Source: Octopus vulgaris | Lineage: Eukaryota | Length of the DNA: 64,000 nucleotides | Direction of reading: 5' to 3' | NCBI GenBank assembly: GCA_951406725.2 | Contig: OX597818.1 | Span: 38,254,001-38,318,000 of the forward strand | Shown here: positions 39,966 through 55,281 of the stretch, piece by piece | How positions within the stretch are numbered: position 1 is the stretch's first letter | Layout of the letters: every line of letters begins with the position of its first letter | Notes under the pieces: model-generated | The model's database searches: none | What the model was told of the DNA's origin: nothing | The model's input: only the letters and a program-made list of their open reading frames with translations | Position numbers and translations under genes: made by a program

Positions 39966-40003
39966 TCTTTCTGTCGAAGAGTGTAGGCTCGAAACGTAAA
40001 AGA
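39966..40003 (+). ncRNA. Minimal hammerhead motif (A6 mutated) in a short pLTR-like repeat (to about 40097)
   Basis: ucuuu-CUGUCGA-A-GAG-uguagg-CUC-GAAA-CG-UA-aaaga; ACGU palindromic helix III. Confidence 0.65.
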
Positions 40004-40250
40004 CTTTTTCTATTCCTGAGCGCTATACTAATACATTTGTTTGCTTATTCTCCACCTGCCTTCGTCTTTTGTTTATTTTCATAAACTTTCCCTTTATATA
40101 TATATATACATATATATATATGTGTGTGTGTGTGTACATGTATATATAATAGAAATATGTTTAAAAAAGAAAATAGAAACTACACGTGGAAAAGGTTTGG
40201 GGAAAGTAAGAAGAAAAAACCGTGAAAAATGCACATTGGATTTCAAAAAA

Positions 40251-40495
40251 TGGCACTGTCATGCCTTTGGTTGTCAGAAGTGAAAGTAGTCAACTTCGTG
40301 TATTTCCGTCAGGTTTATACCTTCGTTAATTTACGCCGTTTATTTATGTACCACCACGCTGTTAGGTTTATAAAACAATTGAAGTTCAGTTTAAAGTTTA
40401 TAAATAAATACATTTCATGTGTAATGTATACACATGTGTATATATATATGTATACACATGTATATATACACATGTATATATATATATGTATACAC

Positions 40496-40582
<87 letters not shown>

Positions 40583-40908
40583 GTATAGACACATCTTTAA
40601 TTAAACTATTGACCGCCTTAAAGCGTATTTCAACAGAAAAATATTACTATAATGGATAATATAAGCATATAACTACTTATACACACATAAAAACAATAAT
40701 GAATAATGCAAGAATATATTTATTTATAAACAGAACATGGAATGAAATGTATTTATTTATAAACTTTAAACTGAACTTCAATTGTTTTATAAACCTAACA
40801 GCGTGGTGGTACGTAAATAAACGGCGTAAATTAACGAAGGTATAAACCTGATGGAAATATACGAAGTTGACTACTTTCACTTCTGACAACCAAAGGCATG
40901 ACAGTGCC
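40251..40908. repeat. About 170-bp inverted repeat pair around (TA)n
   Basis: 40251-40417 inverse to 40742-40908. Confidence 0.85.
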
Positions 40909-41229
40909 CAAAAAATAAATAAGGGCTTTTTTTATGAAAAGTAACATTAAATATATACAATGTGGAAGCGGATTTGTAATTTAAACGCGGATATCTAATT
41001 TTTTATAAATGGGAGAGAGATAAATAGAGAAAGATAAAGAGTAAGAGAAAGTGAGGGAGAGTCCGAGAGAAAGGAAGAGTAAGAGAGTGGGAAAGTGAGA
41101 AAGGATAGAGAAACAAAGAGGGAGAATGTGGCGATAAGAAACAGAAAGGAAACAACAGACAGTAACAACCACACCCCCACCCGAGCATAGAGCGGGTCAC
41201 CTTAAGCTAGTTAATATATATAATGCATG

Positions 41230-41463
41230 AAGGTGGCGAGCTGGCAGAAACGTTAGCACGTCGAGCGAAATGCTTTGCTGTATTTCGTCTGCCGCTACGT
41301 TCTGAGTTCAAATTCCGCCGAGGTTGACTTTGCCTTTCATTCTTCCAGGGTTGATAAATTAAGTACCAGTTACGCACTGGGGGTCGATGTAATCGACTTA
41401 ATCCCTTTGTCTGTCCTTGTTTGTCTCCTCTGTGTTTAGCCCCTTGTGGGTAGTAAAGAAATA
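41230..41463 (+). mobile_element. SINE family B monomer
   Basis: ggcgagctggcagaaacgttagcac..gagttcaaattcc..gccccttgtggg; other copies 47188-47415 (minus), 50008-50228. Confidence 0.88.
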
Positions 41464-41589
41464 AACATATATAATGCCTTTTGCATCCCAATAAACTGAG
41501 ACTATCACTTTCCCAGAATGGACAATGGACATTAAATGATGATGATGATGATGATGACGATGATGATGACAATGATGAAATGACCTTCA

Positions 41590-42125
41590 CCTTCTCTGGA
41601 CCAGGTGAGGAGAGGTGTTTCTACTGCATGGATTGTCTCTTTGTCACTGACTCAAAGAGATAAAGCCAACACTCATCCTGGTTTAGGAAGTTTTCAAGAA
41701 AACCATCTGGATCTACTTCAAAGAACGTCAGATTTTCCCATGTGATAAACCTGGTGTGCTTTTGATCAGGTGTTAGAAGATATGGCACCCACCGAGCAGA
41801 AATGTTTGTCATGACAAGTTCATGGTGCAGAATATTCTCAACTCTCCTACAGGATGTGCTAACAGCATTGGCTGTTTGATTTATAGTCAACCACCTGTCA
41901 TCCCTCACCATGTGGTGAACAGATCGATATTTTCCTTAGTGGTGACAGTTGCAGGACACCCAGATCTTGGATCATCTTCCTCTTAAATTCAGCTGTTCAC
42001 TTTTGTACTGTTGATAAAGCTGGAGTATTACCCTGTAATGTAGCAAACCATATCAACATGAATGTCATTGGGGGCTAAACCCTTTTTTTGTAGGTACTTG
42101 ATAACACCTGTTACTACCAGTTACT
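41590..42125 (-). mobile_element. Mariner transposase remnant
   Basis: DDR.LTI..TA.AV..S..RV.NILH.EL.M..ISARWVP.LLT.DQK..R; DE.W. Confidence 0.8.
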
Positions 42126-42282
42126 TCTGAAGTGTTCTTTGAACAGTGAGATGTCAGTTTACCGGGGAAAGAAACAATACAGTTATTAATAAGAGAAGTT
42201 AGAATTAACACATACAAGATTTCACAGCTCTCGCCTCACTCCTTCATAGTCACTCTCATGTGTGTGTATGTGTGTGTTTGTG

Positions 42283-42317
<35 letters not shown>

Positions 42318-42322
42318 GTGTT

Positions 42323-42374
<52 letters not shown>

Positions 42375-42500
42375 TGTGTTTGTGTGTGTGTGTATGTGTA
42401 TGTTTGTGTGTGTTTGTGTGTGTTTGTGTTTGTGTGTGTTTGTGTGAGTGTGTTTGTGTGAGTGTGTTTGTGTGTGTGTTTGTGTGTGTGTGTGTGTTTA

Positions 42501-42531
<31 letters not shown>

Positions 42532-45500
42532 GTAATATCTCATCTGTTAGCATGTATAAGACTACATTTTCCTATAAATCTATTCTTAATTTAAGACACT
42601 GTAATGTGACTTGGGGGAAATTTGACTACTATATCTAGCAATTAATGTACTCATGTTGTGACTTTCATTTATTGATTTGAAATAAACATTTTGTTATCTT
42701 GTAGTTCCCAGATCATCATCATCATCATCATCGTTTAGCATCCACTTTCCATGCTAGCATGGGTTGGACGATTCAACTGGGGTCTGGGAAGCCAGAAGGC
42801 TGCACCAGGCCCAGATGCAAATCTGTGAAGAAAAGTGCTTCAATCATGACGATCTTGTCCTTTGTCTATCAAGAACTATATTGTTCGATACAGACTTTAA
42901 GGGACTTTAAGCATCTGGTATGCTCTGTAAAGGGGTTGGTGTTAGGGGGAGGGGCACCTAGCCATAGAAACCATGCTAAAACAGACAAAAGGAGCCAGGT
43001 GCAGCTCTCTAGCTGGTTAACTCCTGTCAAACCATCGAACCCATGCCAGCAAAGGGAATGGGCATTAAACGATGATGATGATGATGATGACGGCGGCGGT
43101 GGCGGTGGCGGTGGTGGCGGTGGTGATGGTGGTGGTGGTGGTGGTGGTGGTGGTGATGGTGATGAAGAGGAGGAGGAGGAGGATAGGAGGATGAGGATAG
43201 GAGTGGAGGATATTTACTGCAATTGAAATGAAAATATTTTGATAATGTATATCAAGCAAAATATGTGATATGACGAGTAAAGAGAAAAAAACAAACTCAT
43301 TGTGTATTAATAAATAAAAAGAAATAACAAGTTTGTCATGTTTTTAAGCAATTTTACACCATCCTTGTTTTGGTATGGTTTCTATAAACGGATGTCCTTC
43401 CTAATGCCAACCACTTCATAGAATTTTACAAGGGAAAAAGTGAGAAGTATGAGGTCACGTGCACAGATTACACAACAAAACACTAATTTATCATATTTAG
43501 TTTTGTCTCCTTCAGGTCTAAGTTCAAAATTCCACTTTTATCTAAACAATTATTGATAATATTACTATTACTGCTATCGAAACAAAGAAAACACTTATGA
43601 TAGGTGTTATGTTGTTAAGAAGATGGAAGACAAATCTTTCCTTTGTCTGTTTCAGACAAAATTCCTAAAAGATATGGTACCAATTTTCAAGTAGGCATCA
43701 TCACCATCATTATCATGATCATTTAGTGTCTGCTTTCCATGCTGGCATGGGCTAGACAGTCGGACTGAAACTGGTAAGCAGGAGGGATGCACCTGGTTCC
43801 AGTCTGATTTGGCATGGTTTCTACAGCTGGATATCCTTCCTAATGCCAACCACTTTACAGAGTGTAACGGGTGCCTTTCTCGTGCCAGTTTTGTGACACA
43901 AGCATCGACCATGACCATGATTTCACTTGGCTTGACAGGTCTTCTCAAGCATAGCATATCACCAAAGGTCTCGGTCACTTGTCATTGCCTCTGTAAGGTC
44001 CAATGTTCAAAGGGTACTTTTTACGTTCCACCAGCAATTAAGAATTAAGTTACTACCCAAATAAACAACAAAATGCTTGTAGTTAATTTGTACTCAAGAC
44101 CTTTGAGCTGGTAAATTAATACAACTTCCACATTGCTCTTATGCAAAGTGATAATTTTAAAAGAGAAATATGTATGAGGGGTTTGCTGTAAAGTTTTTTG
44201 GTTTTGGGTAAAAGAAAACATAGGAGGATCAGTTAATTATGATTTTATTCAACATATCCCCATCTCAGATTCACACACTGCAGCAGTCCTTCAGTTTTTC
44301 TAAGCCCTGTAAAAGAAAGAAGATTAGATCTCTAAGCAAACCTTTTACAATAACCTTAAAGTCAGGGACTTTTCAGCATACCCTCATAATATGGTAATTA
44401 GCTCTATGGTTGTAGAGTCTACTCGTAGCAGACTATTTAGAAGCTATGTGGAAAACAGTGGTGGGTCAGCAATTATAGAATGTTAGCAAGTCCAGATTTG
44501 CTTACTCAGCAGAAAGCTTTATTTAACAGAATCAGTTTGCTGGGTAAATAATTAGGTAATTTCCGATTTTGAGTCAAGAGGTTGTCACATGAAAAAATTA
44601 CGAAGAATGAGAAGGTCTGCAAAAGATTAGTGTGAAAACCTGAAGATGCATTTTATTATAAGGGGATGCTGAAAAGTTCCTGGTTTTAAGGGTTTTGCAA
44701 AAGGCCTGATTGGAGGCCCAACCTTCCGAGTTCTTCTACTATAGCACCAGGCCAACCAAAGCTTTGTGAGTGGATTTGTTAAACAAAAACTGAAAGAAGC
44801 CTGCTATGTATGTGTGTGTATGCAGATATATGGGGTGCTGGAAAGGTCTAGGTTTTAAGGGTATTGCAAAAGGCCTGGTTGGAGGTCCAACTTACCAAGT
44901 TCTTTTATAGGGCTTAGAAAAACTGAAGGCCACTGCAATAAGTGTGTGAATCTGAGAGGGAAAGATGTTGAATAAAATTGTAATTAACTGATCTTCCTGT
45001 ATTTTCTTTTACCCAAAGCCAGGAACTTTTCAACACCCCTCATAGAATTGTGTAAATAACCTATGACACTTTGAACAAGTAATTAAAATAGTAAAAAAAA
45101 ATCCTTTTTTTCTTTTTTTCTCTTTGATCTTTTTCCTGAAAACAAAAGAACTAATGATGGATTTAATATAATTATGAACTTCATGATTCAAACATGTCTT
45201 GTCACATCTGATCAATCATTTCAGCTATTTTATAATTTGGGAGTTTTTGAATGTGAGGTTTGATTGTGAGAAGAATAAAAAGTGACATATATCTAAGATG
45301 ATAGTATCGGTCACCTCCTTAGCTGCTTTGAAAAGAGTGAGAGCTACAGTCTATTTGCTGCAAAGCATACTCAGCACATAACTGGAAAAACTCCAAATAG
45401 ATTCTATTAATATACAACATGTTAACAAGCATATTAACAAGCTAATATAATATACACACACTCACACATACACTGTAGATTTCTTTTCTGTTCTATTCTA

Positions 45501-45937
45501 AAAGAAAAAAATAATAAACTTGAGGTCAAAGACTTACACAAACCTTGAATGTAATGAGGATATTGCTATCATAGGAATTAGCTATTTGTTGATAAAAAGA
45601 AAAAAAACATTAACAAGCTTTTTGCTCAAACACTTCTGCTTAATTTAATCTTCACCACAAAGTCTTATAGAATACTTTTGCGAAAAATAAAAAAAAAAAA
45701 CTGTTACTTTCAATATTTGAAATGTTTGTTTCATTTACACATGGAATCCTTTTTAGCATAAAAAAAGCACAACTTCCTTATTAATTCAATGATTTAATTA
45801 GTTGCAGACAGAAATGTTTGAATATTTTATTACAATTTACCATTGAACTTAAGACTAACATTTTGTAAGAGAAGGGGACACTAAAATGAATTGATACTAT
45901 TATATTACTGATATTTTAGATTACTGGTTTTGTGGGA

Positions 45938-46351
45938 CGGCGGCGAGCTGCCAGAAACGTTAGCACGCCGGGCGAAATGCTTAGCGGTATTTCGTCTGTC
46001 TTTATGTTGTGAGTTCAAATTCCGCCGAGGTCGACTTTGCCTTTCATCCTTTTGGGGTCGATTAAATAAGTACCAGTTACTGGGGTCGATATAATCAACT
46101 TAATCTGTTTGTCTGTCCTTGTTTGCCCCCTCTGTGTTTAGCCCCTTGTGGGTAATAAAGAAATAGGTATTTCGTCTGCCGTTACGTTCTGAGTTCAAAT
46201 TCCACCCAGGTCGACTTTGCCTTTCATCCTTTTGGGGGTCGATAAATTAAGTACCAGTTACGCACTGGGGTCGATATAATCAACTTAATCCGTTTGTCTG
46301 TCCTTGTTTGTCCCCTCTATGTTTAGCCCCTTGTGGGCAATAAAGAAATAA
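45938..46351 (+). mobile_element. SINE family B tandem dimer
   Basis: Full head plus a second unit joined at aaagaaata|ggtatttcgtctgcc; agattactggttttgtg duplicated on both flanks. Confidence 0.9.
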
Positions 46352-47144
46352 GATTACTGGTTTTGTGTAATGATGAGCATAGTTGATTCCAACAGACCTT
46401 CAGCTCAGAATAATAACAACATATTATATTACTTATAATTCTTCAAATCAAATATAACCACTATTTTACTATTTTTTAATAATATCACTGACTAATTATG
46501 ACACCACTGCTTGTTCTGGCACTGCTATTCTATATATCACTGACCAGGGATGAATTGCTGTTATCTCTAGTGGTCAAGCATTGATAAGACTAAAGAAGGT
46601 CAGAGGTCAAGGAGATTTATTTCCTCATTTGCAATATAGACAAGAGTGTATTTTGCACCAAAAACCAATATGGGAGTTTCTCTCATGCTAACCACCATAG
46701 TATAGTTTGTTCTAACAGATCAACCACATTTAAGTGGGGATAAATATTACCTCTCACTATTTCAACTATTTCTACTTGCTTTTAATTATTCACTTTAATT
46801 CCGCTAATTCTGAAGGAGTATAATCCAGATGTTAATAATAATAATGAAATTATTAGGTATAGTGCTCAGGGGCACTACAACTCATCAAAAGTGCATGTAC
46901 AGTACATAGAATTATGTACAAAAGTCAGGAAAGTGAACAGTGTATGAGTCATGATATACATGTGTGCATGTGTATGGAGTAGAGGATATCAAGTGTAGTG
47001 TTGGTGAATTTCAGGAAGCATGGAGGTTTTAAAGGAAGCACTGTTTTGGAAACTAACAACTGATGCGGCCTGGTGCAGCCATCTGGTTCTCCAGTCCTCA
47101 GTCAAATTGTCCAACCCATGCTAGCATGGAAACGATGATGATGA

Positions 47145-47188
<44 letters not shown>

Positions 47189-47486
47189 CTTTACTATCCA
47201 CAAGGGGCTAAACGTAGAGGGGACAAAAAGGACAGGCAAAGGGATTAAGTCGATTACATCGACCCCAGTGTGAAACTGGTACTTTATTTATCGACCCCAA
47301 AAGGATGAAAGGCAAAGTCGACCTCGGCGGAATTTGAACTCAGAACGTAACAACAGACGAAATACCACTAAGCATTTCACCCAGCGCACTAACGTTTCTG
47401 CCAGCTCGCCGCCTTAATGAAAAGACAGACGAAATGCCGATAAGCATTTCGCCCAGCATGTCTGCCAACTCGCCACGTTAGAACAT

Positions 47487-47521
<35 letters not shown>

Positions 47522-47574
47522 CTAGCCCATGCTAGCATGGAAAACAGATATTAAATGATATGTAGTCAGTGCAG

Positions 47575-47937
47575 TAGTAAAGAATCATATTTTATCACAA
47601 AATATAAACCCCTTTTGAATGCATCCACCACAAATGACACTATTACAAGGGCCTTAGAATAATACCCATGCAAATATTAAAACCAATATATTCAGAATAG
47701 CCACTACCCATGAATTTATTCAGAACAATTTCAATCACTACTATTACAACCACAAGGAGTCACTTTTAGGTCACTTGATCATTTAAGAGGATTCCACCAA
47801 CATCCTTTCATTTAATTTTTCCACAATTTAATTGTTTTTCATGCTTTACTCTAAGTTGAAAAAAGTTGCAAAGGCTGAAACCGGTACTAAAACATTCTTC
47901 ATGATAAAATTATTTTAGCATTTTCTACCTTGTCCTA
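47575..47937 (+). mobile_element. 3' end of a second PLE type (endonuclease C-terminus + HHR)
   Basis: KESYFITKYKPLLN (E..hI....P.LN GIY-YIG C-terminal motif); 3' end attattttagcattttctaccttg also at 29015-29042 minus. Confidence 0.6.
47852..47890 (+). ncRNA. Minimal hammerhead motif, U3-A8 variant
   Basis: ag-UUGAAAA-a-AGUU-gcaa-AGGCU-GAAA-CCGG-UA-cu; ACCGGU palindromic helix III. Confidence 0.6.
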
Positions 47938-47948
47938 TATATATATAC

Positions 47949-47992
<44 letters not shown>

Positions 47993-48093
47993 TTAATCCA
48001 AACATGAAAACACAAAGAGAAAACACAACAATGTGAGGATGTGGAACAAGTATAGTATTATTGGACGCTCAGGAAAGGAAAGAAAGAAGGAGG

Positions 48094-48128
48094 ATTTAAT
48101 GTTTCGAGCGGAGCTCTTCGTCAGAAAC
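48094..48128 (-). ncRNA. Minimal hammerhead motif in a short repeat (47990-48147)
   Basis: Minus: guuu-CUGACGA-A-GAGC-ucc-GCUC-GAAA-cau-UA-aauc. Confidence 0.75.
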
Positions 48129-50439
48129 ATAGAAAAAGGAAAGATCCTATACACACACACACACACACATATCTATGAATGTGTGTGTGTGTGTATGGAT
48201 GCATGGAGTTTATATTGCTGGATCTTTCTCCTATACTCCAGCCTATTAGTTTGGGGTCAAAAAAGTCAGGGGTTTTTTCTAGTATCCATGATTAAACTAA
48301 CTGTTGCTATTCTCACCCATTAAATTTTGATAATAATGCCCCATTGCTTTCTTCTGTCATGTTCCACATAGAGGTTACATTTTACACACCACCACAATAC
48401 CTCCTACTAAGGAATCAATGAGCAAGCTACTGCATGGCTGCTCAGTCTGCCTAAAACAGCAGCTAAATTTTACTCAAATCTCATCCCACCAACCTAGAAT
48501 AAAACACATACATTGGGTAATGTGTCCTGATTGTTCAATAATTGAGAAAAAGACTGGAAGGTTATGTTTGGAATGACTTTGACAATATATCCCCTTGATC
48601 AAAGTTGGCCACTAAACAATAACAACAACAAACCTCTGCTATATTTATACATCTTCTTTGAATAGGACCGATTTTTCTCAGTGTAGGATCTTTTGTAATA
48701 ATTTGTTTTCATAGCAATATATTTTAAAAGATGATAATTCAGCTTAACATAATTTTATATTAAACAGCAAAAAAAAAAAAAAATAAATAATAAATGCTAT
48801 CAAAATATTTCTTTGTTCTTGCTTGCCTTCTGACAATGTGGCAAATAAAATCAGGTGACAAAATAATTGTTTTTATATCATATCCACATGCCCCCATTTT
48901 CTGTTTCCATTTTTATTTTTGTGTACTATTTGTACAGGATGGGTGTGAGACAAGTTATTTTCTTTTTCAGAATCAAACACAATTAACCACTTGAAATACA
49001 GTATATTCTAAATGTTCAGCTGACTGACTATAAAGGAACTATTTATAGGATTAAAAGTATTACCAAGGTTGCCATTATAATAAACTGATGTGTCACAGAG
49101 TAATAGGTGCATTGCTAAAGGCCTGAGTTTCTGACATGATTTCAATTCCTGCAGAAACATTTTTAAATAACTTGCACAAATATTGTTTTTATGAGATTCA
49201 TTAATTTCTGACTTCACTTAGGAGTGGTAGTGCACACATGGAAAGCAGGGCCATATTATGAGTGCTTCAAGTTCCCAGCATTGCAGTGAGCTAAACTCAA
49301 TGCTGTGACTCAGTAAAACATTTTCTAGCTTTGTAATTCTGCTATGGCTTAAAGCAGGAAACATTTTATTATGTGGTATTTACTAACAGCTGTTTGAAAC
49401 TGATTCAACTGCCCATAGCTAACTGTATGGTTCACTGACTTCAATAACAGGATATAAAGTGGCAAACCTACAGCTTTTTGTCAAATATCCTATCAAATCA
49501 GCCATCTGCAGCTGTTACACTTGATAAAAGCATGAATCTAAAAATTTCTCATCCGCTTCCCCTGAAGATATATGGCTTCTATGCATTGTTACAGGTTAAA
49601 AGAAACCTATGTATTTTATTGTGTCATCATCATCGTTTAGCGTCCGCTTTCCATGCTGGCATGGGTTGGACGGTTCAACTGGGGTCTGGGAAGCCAGAAG
49701 GCTGCACCAGGCCCAGTCTGATCTGGCAATGTTTCTACGGCTGGATGCCCTTCCCTAACGCCAACCACTCCATGAGTGTAGTGGGTGCTTTTTACGTGCC
49801 AGGCAAGGCTGGCAATGGCCACGATCGGATGGTGCTTTTTACGTGCCACCGGCACGGAGGCCAGGCGAGGCTGGCAACAGCCACGTTCAGATGGTTCTCT
49901 TATGTGCCACTGGCACTGGTCATATACAAAAAAAATGGTTGGGTTACTCCAACACCATAAGATATGTGTGATGTCCCTAACTGGACTGAATCAGCCTGGC
50001 AGAATCTGGGCAGAAATGTTAGCACGCCGGGCGAAATGCTTAGCGGTATTTCGTCTGCCACTAAATTCTGAGTTCAAATTCCGTTGAGGTCAACTTTGCC
50101 TTTCATCCTTTCGGGGTCGATTAAATAAGTACCAGTTATGCACTGGGGTCGATATAATCGACTTAATACCTATGTCTGTCCCTGTTTGTCCTCTCTGTGT
50201 GTAGCCCCTTATGGGCAGTAAAGAAATATGAATCTGATGCATGGCTTGTGTAGTTAACTATCAGGTTAAGTAAAAAGTAAGCAAAGTTTTGAACCATGAA
50301 GAATTTGTACTGGATTTTTGCAGAGCTTTGAAATTTTTTAAAACATTTTTTTTACAATTGTCTGATAATACAGACACAGACTTGCCCAAATGCATCAATA
50401 AATTAACATTGATATTTTTTCCACCATTGTTACAATCAT

Positions 50440-50684
50440 CTGAAACGGAACTGTCAAAGCACAATATTCAAACAATTTTGCAATTCAGCTTCAAAAAAAA
50501 AAAAGGATGTAAAGCAGCTGAAACTACTTCTGATATCAAGGAAACGTTTGGTGAGGAAATGACCAGTGAGTGGTCAGCTTGAAAATGGTTAAAACAATTT
50601 CACAGTGGAGACCTGAACCTTGAAGATCGTGAGCGTAATGGATGTCCATCTGTCATTGATGACAGTCAATTAAACACCATCATT
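50440..50684 (+). mobile_element. Mariner transposase N-terminal remnant
   Basis: F..G.KAAET..DI..TFGE....W...F.SGD.NLED; appears to resume after the SINE near 51397. Confidence 0.7.
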
Positions 50685-51197
50685 ACTCTTTTACTTTTTT
50701 ACTTGTTTCAATCATATGACTGTGGCCATGCTGGAGCACTGCTTTTAGTTGAGCAAATCGACCCCAGGACTTATTCTTTGTAAGCCTAGTACTTATTCTA
50801 TCGGTCTCTTTTGCCGAACCGCTAAGTTACAGGGATGTAAACACACCAGCATCGGTTGTCAAGCGATGTTGGGATAACAAACACAGACACACAAACATAT
50901 ATATATATATATATATTAATTAGAGACAAAACCACTATTATGCAAATCAAACAAAGAAAGACTTAATCCAATACATAAAAAATTTTATATAAATTAAATA
51001 TAATTAAGATTAATTAATCTTAATTATATTTAATTCATATAAATTTTTTTATGTATTGGATTAAGTCTTTCTTTGTTTGATTTGCATAATAGTGGTTTTG
51101 TCTCTAATTAATATTATATTATATTTTACTATAAAATTGGATTCAATCATAAATCTGATTTTTCCCTGTAAATTTGGATTTATTCCCTAATATTTAT

Positions 51198-51248
<51 letters not shown>

Positions 51249-51395
51249 TACAGCAGGCTTGTTTCAGTTTCTGTCTACCAAATCCACTCACAAGGCTTTG
51301 GTCAGCCCAAGGCTATAGTAGAAGACACTTGCCCAAGGTGCCATGCAGTGGGACTGAACCCAGAACCATGTGGTTGGTAAGCAAGCTACTTACCA
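50685..51395 (-). mobile_element. SINE family A with PLE hairpin inserted in its internal (TA)n
   Basis: 3' half 50685-50900, 5' half 51250-51395. Confidence 0.88.
50914..51197. mobile_element. Near-perfect PLE 3'-end fold-back with tail (family of 12380 and 24318)
   Basis: Palindrome centred in aagattaattaatctt (51006-51021); tail 51113-51197. Confidence 0.9.
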
Positions 51396-51679
51396 CGATC
51401 TACATAAAACTACTTGAGAACTGGCAAAAGAACTTCAAGTTAGCCAGAAAACTGCCTGCAAGAAGTCTATATTGCACAATGATGACCCTAATACAAAAGA
51501 AAGTACAGTACTGGTTGAGAACACCTTCAATCATACATCTATCAACTCAGAGCTGACCTGGAGACAAAAAACAACAACCTACTTTAAAATTTGGGTCAGT
51601 ATGTGACTGTCTGAAAGAAAACTGGAGATAAAAGCTGGCTAAATTGATGCTTGATAAATGTGGATCATATCTGGAAGGC

Positions 51680-51899
51680 TATCTTTTACTCTTTTACTTG
51701 TTTTAGTCATTTGACTGTGGCCATGCTGGAGCACCGCCTTTAGTCGAGAAAATCAACCCCAGGACTTATTCTTTGTAAGCCTAGTACTTATTCTATCGGT
51801 CTCTTTTGCTGAACCACTAAGTTACGGGGACGTAAACACACCAGCATCGGTTGTCAAGCGATGCTGGAGGGCCAAACACAGACACACAAACACACACAA

Positions 51900-51951
<52 letters not shown>

Positions 51952-52082
51952 TTACCAACCACATGGTTCTGGGTTCATTCCCACTGCATGGCACCTTGGG
52001 CAAGTGTCTTCTACTATAGCCTCATGTTGACCAAAGCCTTGTGAGTAGATTTGATAAACGGAAACTGAAAGAAGCCCATCAT

Positions 52083-52116
<34 letters not shown>

Positions 52117-52167
52117 TATCATCATCATCATCATCACGGACGCTAAACGATGATGATGATGATGATG

Positions 52168-52198
<31 letters not shown>

Positions 52199-52343
52199 AT
52201 GATGGGCTTCTTTCAGTTTCCGTCTATCAAATCTACTCACAAGGCTTTGGTCAACATGAGGCTATAGTAGAAGACACTTGCCCAAGGTGCCATGCAGTGG
52301 GAATGAACCCAGAACCATGTGGTTGGTAAGCAAGCTACTTATC
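51680..52343 (-). mobile_element. SINE family A with inverted duplication of its 5' half
   Basis: 51950-52136 inverse to 52149-52335. Confidence 0.88.
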
Positions 52344-52804
52344 ACACAGCCACTCCAGCACCTATCAATTTTTCAGTGTACTATCGATTCTCATTTTAAT
52401 TATAATTTTAAAACATTTAACTATATTCACCGAAAATATATACTTCAAATAAATGACTGTGCATTTGACATTAGTGGTCCCTCATTATAGTCATCATCAG
52501 CATAAAACTTAACATTATACCATCATTGTTTGGTAGGAAATGCAGGAGATATTAACCGCTAGGTGGCTCACATATAGCTAACTAACCTTGTTGATGAGAT
52601 AAAAGTGAATTAATTAAATACCAGGATAACAAGGCAAATATGTAATGTTACAGACATCTTGGCATACAAACTTAGAAATAAGTAAACAAAACTGCATACA
52701 AAACGATACACAAACAAACATCAAACTATGTATACATACATGCACACACAATCACCAAACTATACACATACATACAGATTCCTAAATATATACACTCACA
52801 CAGG

Positions 52805-54999
<2,195 letters not shown>

Positions 55000-55281
55000 A
55001 CACACATAAGGTCATTAGAATGAAGAGTAAAATAGCCTGGCAGCATTTGTTTCAGTACTCAGTGTTTTGAGTTCAAATTCCACCAAGATCAACTTAACCT
55101 TTTATCTTTTGGAGCTTGATAAAGTTAAGTACCAGGTCCCGTGCAGTGGATTGGCACATGTATTAGAGTATTGGACTAGATAACATTTTATATTTGTACT
55201 AGATCTTTGCATTCGGAGTTCTTGTGTGCTAGACTTAATCTGTCATCTGGTTTATTACCACCACCTAATCATAAAGTGCCT

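Noticed and set aside
40815-40870. CUGAUGG..GAAG in the inverted repeat
   Set aside because: No helix II or GAAA; not called a ribozyme
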